Assembly (NCBI GenBank): GCA_043228905.1
Contig: JBHGNT010000421.1
Coordinates: forward strand, 1-26,624
Origin: Azolla caroliniana
Lineage: Eukaryota; Plantae; Polypodiophyta
DNA: 26,624 bases
Direction of reading: 5' to 3'
In this document: in pieces, positions 12,111 to 22,054 of the stretch
Numbering within the stretch: the stretch's first letter is position 1
How the letters are laid out: every line of letters begins with the position of its first letter
The notes under the pieces: generated by a model
The model's input: the letters and a program-made list of their open reading frames with translations, nothing else
The model's database searches: none
Told to the model about the DNA's origin: nothing
Translations under genes and position numbers: made by a program

Positions 12111-12563
12111 GTGTGTGTGTGTGTGTGTGAAATGTTTAGGACCACCTTGATCCTAAACTAGGAAATTTGGATATGAGTGGCATTGCCGATGAAGGTTTGC
12201 AGGGGTCTAGCCTGTGGGTGAATTGACACGTAGTTGTCAGCTCATCCATAAAAAATTTGAACATGGAGAGTCACTGCTCAAGTTCATAGATACTACATGA
12301 AAAGGTTTCACTTGTTGATCTCATATATCATCTTTGACCTCCAAGTAGAATTATAAAATCTCTCTCTCTTTTCTCTCTCAGACACATTAATTTACACATC
12401 ACATCATCTATCATAGTGAAGTCAAGAATATGCCCTTTTATGTTGCAACTAGGCCACTTTTGTTCTATACATTAAAGTTGCATAAAAATGTCTACCCCTT
12501 ACGAGTCCTTCAATTAATGAAGGTAGCAACTTTATCCAATTAAGTAGTACATATTATAATGAC

Positions 12564-12810
12564 CTAAATTTTTATAGAGAATGAGCCATCAATGTTATCA
12601 TACGCACTACAGAGGTCATACTCTTCGTGAATGCCATATTCTTTTTGCACATGCTCTTTTTTTTGGTTGTGGTCGAATATCATGCTTACTATATTAGCAT
12701 TACTAGAACGAAGGTAAATTTTTAAATAACCATTTTTCATTGTGGGAGGTACATTGCTATTATTGATTATTTCAATACAATAACTCAAGTGGCATGGCCC
12801 AACTTTCTTA
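12564..12810 (-). pseudogene. Probable LINE (L1-like) reverse transcriptase fragment
   Basis: Remnants VGPCHLSYCIEIINNSNVPPTMKNGYLK and YDLCSAYDNIDGSF resemble L1 RT domain 0-1 and the LDxxKAYDxVDWSF motif. Recognised by eye only. Confidence 0.4.
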
Positions 12811-12844
12811 TTATTGTCTTTGATTATTCAAGTTCACCACATTA

Positions 12845-13065
12845 TTGTTCACCTTAACCTAACCGAGCACGTTGTTACAATAAGCAAGGATGTTCTTGTA
12901 CAACATGTAATAATCGTGTGGTAGTAAGGTTGAAAGAACTCAACATGATGTTATTTACCACCTTAACCTAACCGATGGAACATTAACTCAAAACCATCAT
13001 TACAATTAGTAAGGACATAAGTGGTGCAGACTTGTAATGGTTGAGTGGTATAAGGTTGAAACAAC
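12845..13065. repeat. Two tandem copies of a hairpin-forming unit of about 100 bp
   Basis: Both copies start CACCTTAACCTAACCGA (about 12850, 12959) and end TAAGGTTGAAA, with an internal TTACAA..TTGTA inverted pair. Confidence 0.65.
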
Positions 13066-13251
13066 ATTGTAACGTAGTATCATTGCAAATAAATATGAAT
13101 GCAATATAGTAATTAGAATCTACGTGTGCTATCATGTAGAACTGAAATCAAGAAATAAATAACATCCGTGACAAGTTAACACGTTCTTGTAATGAAAGAG
13201 TATTGGCATACATTGAGCACATTTAGGTAACCAAAGAGTATTTGGCGTACA

Positions 13252-13612
13252 CAGTGCAAAGGCAACACGCTCTATTTATATAGAACTTTGACAGTCAAGT
13301 TGTTGAACAATCAAGCAATGTCTCGTATGTTCACATGTACAAACTGCCTCTTTTGGCGAGTTCTGGTATACATGCAGTTCACGACACACGCACACGCACG
13401 CACACATGATGGATGAGAGTTTGATTTTTGTTATCAGTGCAAGGGCAACACACTCTATTTATATAGACCATTGGCGGTCAAGCGGAACAATCAAGCAATG
13501 TCTCATATGTTCGCATGCAGGGCTGCGTTTTTTGGCGAGGTCGTCTGGTGTACATACATACAGTCCACACACACACAATACACACACGATGAGAGCTCGA
13601 TTTTTGTTACAG
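13252..13612. repeat. Tandem duplication of about 183 bp upstream of TPST, each copy with CTATTTATATAG (TATA-like on the - strand)
   Basis: CAGTGCAA(A/G)GGCAACAC(G/A)CTCTATTTATATAGA..GAACAATCAAGCAATGTCTC..TTTTGGCGAG..GATGAGAG..GATTTTTGTTA occurs at 13252 and 13435. Confidence 0.85.
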
Positions 13613-13668
13613 ACTTGCCAATGTGATTGATTGTTGTGTAGTTGTGTTTGAATCAATAAAGAGAGCCA

Positions 13669-13699
<31 letters not shown>

Positions 13700-14086
13700 A
13701 AGAAGAAGAAGAAGAAAAGAGAGAGAGAGAAAACGAAGGGGCTACTTTTGCAAATACTTGGAATAGAAGCCACGAAAACGCAAAAAACAGAGAGAATAAT
13801 AAATGAGAGACTCTCTCTTTCTGTGTCTGAGTTTGTTCAGAGATTTCAAAGGTATCGAGGAGGAAGAAGAAGAAGAAGAAGAAGAAGAAGAAAAGCAAAA
13901 AGCAAAACGCAAAAAAAGCAAAAAACGCAGCAAGCAGCTGCCATGGATTCTCCCTCCTCCCTTCCTCTCCCATCATCGATGATGGATTCTCTCAGAACCA
14001 ACGATCAGAGCCTTCTCCGACTCTCCTCCTGCACAGATTCCTGATCGATCCATCGATCCCTTCTCTCTCTCTCTCTCTCTCTCTCT
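13669..14086. repeat. Microsatellite cluster in the TPST proximal promoter/5'UTR: (GAA)n 13669-13715, (GA)n about 13718-13730, (GAA)n about 13864-13891, (CT)n about 14063-14086
   Basis: Directly visible simple repeats. GA/CT tracts are typical of plant 5'UTRs. Confidence 0.9.
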
Positions 14087-14129
14087 CAACTCTTCGCACG
14101 CACAGATTCAAAGCGCAAGGATTTCGAGA

Positions 14130-17100
14130 ATGAAATCGTCGCTGCTCCCTGCCGTCTTCTTCTTCTTCTTCTTCGCTATTTCTTCAGGTGATTCTCCTTC
14201 CCTTCCCTTCCCGCATTCTGCTCCCGTTTCGTATCGCAAATGGAGAGAGAACCATGTCTTCTGTCTCATTAATTGACTGAACATAGCTACAACCGTGTTT
14301 ACCTTTCTGCCGTTTTCCGATGAGCCTACTCAAGTTCCTGTTTCTTTAATTTTTCTAAGTAACTGACACAGAAGGAAACGAAGGCAGCTTTCTAGTTTCC
14401 TCTGATTCACTGAAATAGATTCTTCTCCTCCTTTGTTGATTATATAGATAAGCAAACCAGAAAATAAATAGTGTTCCCTTTCTGTTGCTTTCTGGTTAAC
14501 TGAACCGGTGGCAAAATTTCTTTTAGTTCTGCTGTTTTCGAATCAATTCAAATAATGGAAAAATCCAAATCTCTTTCTGCTCTTCTCTGATCAACTGAAA
14601 TTGTTCTCCTCGGTCTTCTTTTGCTTATATATCGTAGTGCAACAAAAAAGAGATACATATTCACTCTGTGTTATTTCCTATTCTTGTGTACTCTCCTGAT
14701 GAATGGAAATAGCACTTTCCGTGGTTCTATGATTGAAGGGAAAAATCTAAAATTTCTGTCGGTTTCTATTTTCTCATAAACTGAAATAGTTATAGATCTC
14801 TACGCAGCAAAGCAATCATTTTATCTGTTGCTTAGATCACAATACAGCAGAAACATTGGCCTCTTTCTGTTGTTTTCTGCTCAACCGAAATGGCTTATCC
14901 TCATCCTTGTGTTGTTTAGATTTGAAAAATACGGAGTAAAAATGGTCTTTTTCTGTTGTTGTCTGATTAATTGAAGTGACTAGATTTGAAACACATTGAT
15001 TTTATTTTTTTTGTTCCTTTATATTATGTTCTAATTTAATTGAAATGGATTCTTCTCAGTTGTAATTGTGATTGTTCATGGTAAAGAATACGAAAAATGC
15101 AGCCTTCTTGTGAAGGCCTGGGCTGAGGAAGCATTGCATGAGATGGAAGAGCTACCTGAAAACCATAACAAGGTTCTTAAAGAACTTCTTTATTTTCTAC
15201 ATGTTCCTCGCACAGGTGGACGGACATATCATCAATGGTAAGAAAATGAGGAAACTCCGAAATACCATCGAGTTTGTCTTATTTACCGAAATGCCCCAAA
15301 GTTTTTGTTACTTTAAAAGTACCCCTGGTCAACCCCCCGAAAGAGAGGAGAAGGGGACGGGACGGCTTCACCATATGATTGCTCAAATAACATATCTAAT
15401 CAAGAAAGAAGGGGATGATTTACCATAAAATTACTGGAGATGGGGTTGGCCAAGGGTATTTGGCCACATTTAGAGATATAAAGAACACAATTACTGCAAA
15501 ACCTATATTTTTAATCACTAACCACTGCATTCTTGTATATCATTAATGTCTGTCTCCTTCTATCTACAGCTTATTGCGTCATTTGTACCGCCCTGAAGAG
15601 CATTGTGACCGATCATATGACAAATTCCGATTCAATTCAAGGTGAAATTCAGTTTTCTTTTCCTATTTGCAAAGTTGAAGATGCCTTTGAGAAATTGCAT
15701 ATTAAGAATAATAAGCTCTAAAACACATAATCTATTCCAAGATACTTGTATTTCTTTTATATTTTCTACTTAGAAGTCTTTTTGCATTATTTTGAGACTC
15801 AGCCATTGATCAAGTATAGGGTCTCAGATCCTGCTCTAGCTTGCTTCCAGTGTAGTCTGATATGTCATCGCTTTATAATGTTTAGGAATCTGCTAGAACA
15901 TTAATTAATCCATTTAAGATCAAGATTAGGGCTGATCACTCGTCCAAAACAGATATTTATCTCTATATTCATATCTGGGGATGTACAAAACAATTTCATC
16001 CCTTGAATATACGTCACCACTGTCGCTGTGTTGTGATGCATGGATATATTTTGTGAATTTAATTCCCCATATGCTGAAGTAACGAAAAAAACAATTCTTT
16101 CTCTTGCTGATTGGGAACAACTGTTTCCCCTCTCAATAAAATTTAGAAACCTCCGATTCAGTGTCACCATTCACAAATTTGCAGATGCATGTCATAGAGA
16201 TGTTAGCATTGGGTTCTGATGTGCGTGTTTATTTATTTTATTCTATGCGATTTTCCCCCTTTTAAGGTTTCTTCACGGTGTTTATAAAGCTGATTACACA
16301 AACATTTTTCTTGTCTGTTGATGTGGCCATGAACTTTTAAAAACGAGCAAGACAACGTTGCATGGCCTGTGTGAAATGCCCAACTGGAATGTCCCTGGAC
16401 TGAAGCAGCCAAAGCGTTTAGATTGGCATGTGGCCATCCAGTTAGCATTAGGTTCAGATGTGTGTGGACGTGTGTATCTAATTGTCAAATTGTGTCCTTT
16501 AAAGTCACTCTATGTTAGGCCCTCGATAAAAGCACTTAAAAGTTATAAGAGAGTAGATAAGTGAGTGGGTGAATATGTTGTTTTTGAAGAAGGTGATAGT
16601 TGGCAGCATGATCAAGACCTTATTCAACAAAACACTTTTTTTTATGTAGAACGAGAGTTCAGCATTAGAGCTAATGGCAGCTTATTTTAGAGTGCTAAAT
16701 TCTAGATGTCTCATGGCGTATTTGCTTTCTTTTCCACTGAGCTCAGTGGAGTGTACCGTCAAGATAGTCTTCTTGGGTTTTCATTGTTGAAATAGGCTTT
16801 AACTGATGGCTTTGTTTTTACACTTTGTGCCCTACCTTATTATATCCTCTGCTATCAATTATGAATAAAGAAATGCCGCAGAGGGTGCCGGTCTTTGATT
16901 CCAACAGGGTGTCAACTACCTTGTTTAAGAACAATCTAGATTTCTCAAGTGTTTAAAATCTGGCCAAATTGTTGGTATAATGGGTATTTTCAAGCCCTCT
17001 GGATGTTCCAGGGCCCTGTCTGAGTAGTTATTTGTAGAGGAATAATATCTTATCACAGCTCTTTTGTTGAATTTCTTTGGTGGCGTTACACAAGTTGATC

Positions 17101-20100
17101 AACCCTAATCTGTTTCACATTTATTTTAAGTGTAACTGGATTTGATATGTTAAGTGCTCTTAAATTTAAATAGAATCATTGTAAGTTACCATTTCCATTA
17201 TATTTAAGCTGGTTATGTCTTCGAGTGAAAGCCTGACATTGTATCATTGTGAATTATGGTAGCAAGCACTGCAGATTACTTGTAACACATGATGATTATA
17301 GTATCCTTTCTAAACTACCAGCTGATTCAACATCGGTAGTAACCAACATGCGCCATCCTGTAGACCGCATCTTCAGTGCATATGAGTTCTCTGTCGAGGT
17401 AGCTTCACGCTTCTTGTCCCGAAATAAACGAAAGCCTTTAGCCACGAAGACCAATGGAGCAAGTACTTTAAATATATGGCCATGGAGTCTTCTAGTTCCC
17501 TGGATGAGAGAAGATATTTTTGCACGTGTAAGTTCACATCATTTAAAAACAGAAGAAAACCCCAAAATAACCAGTTTTTCTTTATTGCCTTAAATGCCCG
17601 AGAGTTATCATTACTGACATGAAAACCCTTGATTAACCCCCTAAAGAGAGAACAGTGAATGAATTGATCATGTACTTCCAAAAATAACACATTGCTGATA
17701 AAAAGGGGATGATTGGCCATGTTATTGCTCAAATAGCTCATGTAATTGCTCTTTTGGGGGTTAACCAAGGGGCATTAATCAAAACTGTCTGGCATTTGAA
17801 AAAATTAAGAAAAACTGAGGTATCCTGGAGTTTTTCCCTTAAATTTATGTATAATATACAATATAAGCTTTAATGACTGGTCCTGGGATGCTTGATTATG
17901 ATTTTTAGGAGAAGAGGAGGGAGTTTGAAGATGTTCAATTGTATTCGGAAGAATTCTCTAACTATAATGCAAGTTCTTATGTGATGCCATTGCATGAGTT
18001 TATTTATCAACCTATAGTCATCGACATACTACACAATGGTGCAACATTCCAGGTAATTTATGGTATAACATGTGCTCATTGATGTTGGCCGCTTGCCCCC
18101 GCTTTAGAATAGTCACCACCTATAAGCCACAGCCAACTAGGTGACTCTACCTTGGTGTTGTAATAATTTAAAAATGTCGTAAGGTCCAATATGATCTATT
18201 TGCTACCTGAGAGTGACAATCATGCCTGACTAAAATGGTAACTCCATGTCATGCTTCTGTGTATTTGGTGTTGAATGTTTTTTTTGTAAGGTTCAATATG
18301 ATCTATTTGATACCTGATACTGACAATAATGGTCATGTCTGACTAAAATGGTAATTCCAAGTGATGTTTTCTGCATATTTGGTGCATTAGCTTATATAAT
18401 GCATAGTGATGTTTTCTGCATATTTGAACCTAATTCCATGTCATGCTTCTGTGTATTTGGTGTTGAATGTTTTTTTGTAAGGTTCAATATGATCTATTTG
18501 ATACCAGACACTGAGAATAATGGTCATGTCTGACTAAAATGGTAATTCCAAGTGATGTTTTCTGCATATTTGGTGCATTAGCTTATATCAATGGTTTACT
18601 TAGCAGATTATTTTAAGAACACAAGGAATGATCGAATGTCCACTCTGATGACTGGATGACACATCTTTGTATCGATCTTGCATAAGCACATGAATGTCTG
18701 TGCTTCAGTCCAATGGCAAGTTTAATTAACTTCCAATGACTGGTCACATCCATATACCCCAGCTAACAGTTTTACACATTTTACGCTAACTTCTGTGAAT
18801 ATATATTCTTAGTAGGTTGTATATGTTGAGAATGTTTAAGAGCAGTGCATGTATTCTTTCCGTTTTAGGTTGCTGGGCTCACTAACAATTCCTATATAAG
18901 AGAAGCAAAAAATGTCCGAAAGTGTGCAATTGAGTACCCAGACCTCAGTTATCACGTTCTAGATGTTGCAAAGGTGATCCTATCAACATTTTCACTTATG
19001 TTGTTTCTTGTAGTTGGGTGAAGTTTTAAGTAAAATATCTTTGTTTTTATTCAGCTAATATTTTCTTTTGGCGTTACAGAGTCGAATGGATCAAATGATA
19101 TTCGTTGGACTAACAGACAAACATGGAGATGCTGCAAAACTTTTTGCTCATGTTGTTGGAGGACAAATGCTTCCATTGGGTCAACATGGGAATGCATCTG
19201 CAATAATTCCATCCGAAGGTGATATATAATGTGAGAGATTTCAGTGCCAATTGAGTTTTGCTCATATTATCCAAAGTTTTGTTGCTTTGAATTGAAGCAT
19301 GCACGTAATGAACGGTGAAGTCATTGTGTCAACAGTGCAACCCAGAATCTAAACATTTCGTAATTCAGAGTGCTGTGTCCAGATATTTGGACTAGGATTA
19401 GTTTACTAGACATTGAGATCGGACGTCTAGATTTACATGTACTGACTTGACTGGCATCATTTATAATAGACGAGATGTGACTTTTAAATTTGGACGTACA
19501 TTTGAAATTATTAGCTGAAGCTTTTCCTGTCAAAATTTAAACATATTTATTAGAGAAATCCTTACAGTCAAACCTAGTCACTCACTTCTAAAAGCTTGAG
19601 TGTTACCTCTTGCAGATGATTCATCAGAACAACCTGGGCAGATCAAGGACTCATCAAATACAGAGGTACTTGCTTTTTAACCAGCCAGGATGAAGCTTTT
19701 CACACGCCTCACAAAATGTTCCTAACATATGTATATATCACGTATAATACCTTTACAGGTTCATAATATACATCTTGAGAATGCAACACATGCAGCGAAT
19801 GAAACTCCTAAGACAAATGTTAGTGATTCCCTTCATTAGCAGAATAAGTATATAGTCATATTTCAAACTCCACTAGTGATGATGATCATTCTGTGCTGGC
19901 AGCTCACAGTATATGGACTGATAGAGAAATATGAGAGTTGTGCTGGCCGTCTCAGGAAAACACAAATCCAACGACGCATCCTCTCCCTGAAAAGTGTTCT
20001 ACCAATAAACTTTTCAAGCGAGGTACATACATCTATATATTATATATGCATGCGTACATACACATGCTCATCTGTGCATGCACACGCACATGCACACAAA

Positions 20101-20704
20101 TTGTCTGTTTGCCATTCATTCACAAAGTTTAAGCATGAACATTACGATGTTACATTTCTAAAAGCAGAAAAAAATGAGAACAGACAAAAGCAAAAGAAAT
20201 AGTAATGTCTTCTTTGCAACATTACTAGGCCCGACATCAAGTTGCGAAAGAGACTCTTGAAGCCATTACAGAGATGAACAATCTTGACATGGAGCTCTAC
20301 AATTATGCTCAAAGCATTTTCTCCAAGTACTTCCCATTAAGGTCGAGAGTTAAAAAGGTTATCAATATTCCCCTCTAATATATAATATATTGTGTTGCTA
20401 AATATGTTTGTGCTTCCTCATGATTGGTGATATTTATTGCCTAATATAAATATCTTTTCAGGTTATGCACTCTCCCATGGTTCTTCAGCCACAAATATCA
20501 AAAACTATTGAAGAAGAAATTTCAGTTACAGAAATCATAGATGATGGTTGGCATCCATCATGGTTTGGATCCCGCAAAGCAATGTGTTTGATGTTTGTAT
20601 GCATTAGTGTGGTCATGGTTACGACAGGTACACTATTTCGAAATGGAGTACGGGTACGGAGATTTCAAAAGGTTCAGAACCGTAGTGTGCACATGAAAAT
20701 GTGA
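14130..20704 (+). CDS. TPST: Plant-type tyrosylprotein sulfotransferase, about 520 aa; exons 14130-14187, 15060-15237, 15570-15641, 17263-17527, 17909-18052, 18869-18973, 19080-19218, 19616-19665, 19759-19818, 19903-20022, 20229-20357, 20462-20704
   Basis: All introns are GT-AG and the frame is continuous (1563 nt). N-terminal signal peptide MKSSLLPAVFFFFFFAISSVVIVIVHG. PAPS-binding motif LYFLHVPRTGGRTY. Further conserved blocks RSYDK, LLVTHDDYS, MRHPVDRIFSAYEFSVEVASRFL, TLNIWPWSLLVPWMREDIFAR, MPLHEFI..HNGATFQVAGLTNNS, NLDMELYNYAQ. C-terminal TM helix, consistent with the type-I topology of plant TPST. Small exons 8-9 and the last exon are less certain. Confidence 0.92.
14255..15059 (+). repeat. 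Degenerate tandem repeat, about 10 units of roughly 50-105 bp, filling TPST intron 1
   Basis: Core TTCTGTTG..TTCTGATxAACTGAAAT(A/G)G recurs at about 14276, 14361, 14408, 14498, 14593, 14701, 14779, 14883, 14969 and 15038. Confidence 0.7.
15248..15470. mobile_element. Second, more degenerate copy of the same foldback MITE family in TPST intron 2 (right arm truncated)
   Basis: GAAACTCCGAAATACC..GAAATGCCCC..GTACCCCTGGTCAACCCCC pairs with GGGGTTGGCCAAGGGTATT (15442-15460). It shares the arm sequence and the internal ATTGCTCAAATA with the element at 17553-17838. Confidence 0.55.
17553..17838. mobile_element. Foldback/MULE-like MITE with long imperfect inverted arms (about 90 bp) in TPST intron 4
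   Basis: Left arm GAAAACCCCAAAATAACCAGTTTTTCTTTATT..AAATGCC..CCCTTGATTAACCCCCTAAAG matches the reverse complement of the right arm CTTTTGGGGGTTAACCAAGGGG..GGCATTTG..AAGAAAAACTGAGGTATCCTGGAGTTTTTC. No clear TSD seen. Confidence 0.65.
18178..18588. repeat. Recent compound tandem duplication in TPST intron 5 (about 160 bp near-identical copies about 191 bp apart, plus an older partial unit)
   Basis: TCCATGTCATGCTTCTGTGTATTTGGTGTTGAATG..GCATTAGCTTATAT at about 18243-18398 and 18435-18588. TAAGGT(C/T)CAATATGATCTATTTG occurs three times. Confidence 0.9.
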
Positions 20705-22054
20705 AAGGTTGTCAAAATTTTCTTTCCCATAGGCCATTTCCGATGCTACTTGATGCATCTTGTAATTGTATAGTCTTTCTCAAGATTGAATGTCAACATT
20801 GGATCAGTTTCAGAAGCTTCAGGATTTCTAAGCTCACAAGGCAGTTTTGGGTTGGGTGAAGCATAATTGTAAAGAGGCTGTAATTGATGGACTCTTAAGA
20901 GTGTACACAAAGTCCAACATGTATTACATTTAGCATTTTTGCTTATTCATGTCACAGATGCTTCACACTCATTGTGGAGCATTTACCAAGCTCAAAATGC
21001 TCCATTTTATAATACAGATAATATCATTTAAAACCAAGTTCAACCATTGTTTTTCATGGTGCCATTCGTTTTCATCAATGGCACTGTTAAATTTAATGTT
21101 AGTCGTGTTATTACTGTTAAATTCAATTTGTGATGGTTGAGATTTTTCATTTTTGGTCAGTTTTCTAAATTTTTACCAAAATGAACTACAACAATATTGT
21201 ATATCTTGTGTGAAATTTTCGATTATTTTTTACAGAAAATGCAAAACATTCTGAACAATTGTTGTCATTTGCCGTGTGATCAGGCTTGATGTTAATTTGC
21301 AAATGAAACTCTTCAAGCTTTTATGAAGGGTATAACTGTGACAAATCTGTAATTATGTGCAAAGCACCAGCTTTCCCTCGAGGAATACCATCCAAGTTAT
21401 AATTCTCTCCTCTTTGAATACAAAATCATATGATTGGTTACATTCAGTGCACGATGTATTCTTCACCCCACCCAACAAACGCAAAAAGCCAGCCATTGAA
21501 GAAGAAAAATGTGTTTCTCATTATCCAAATCCATGAAAGCAAGATGTTGCTTTTCCTATATGGTTGCCATCATGATGGCAAGTAATAGAATATATAGATT
21601 GAGGAGCAGTCCTTGTTGAAACATAAGAGTTACCACAAAATATTTCAAGGTCTCGAGTTTGATTGTATGGAGATGGTAGTGGACACACTAAGGAAGGAGC
21701 AGTGGTTGTGTATCCAGAATATGAACTTCATTAACTTAGCACCTTTTATGATACGTGAAAATGCACATCTCAATACGTAGCGTGTGATTGACACCATGTC
21801 TAATTAATCCCCAGTCTAGGTCTAGCCAATCTTTGCAAAATATGACGCCACACTTGCAATGAAGCCCACATAAAGTTAATATAATTAATGCATTATTTCA
21901 AGTCAACAATACAATGAAACTGGATTATTCTCCATCATATAGACAAGGCAAAAGACAACATTCTTCCCAAAAGTACAAGGAGAAGGCTTATAGTCAGGCT
22001 CCATGACTATCTTCTTCCATTAATTGCATTTTTCTCTCGCAAGATTTCAACAAG

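Noticed and set aside
13459-14044. Overlapping ORFs with poly-F, poly-S and poly-R tracts
   Set aside because: These are artefacts of (GAA)n and (GA)n microsatellites. Only the ATG-initiated 13943-14044 part is kept, as a uORF candidate.
15138-15428. 96-aa ORF overlapping TPST exon 2 and intron 2
   Set aside because: Out of frame with the TPST PAPS motif and runs through a MITE.
21598-21780. Stop-free frame of about 60 codons (EEQSLLKHKSY..) between TPST and PMDH
   Set aside because: No recognisable homology or convincing gene structure, and the length is compatible with chance.
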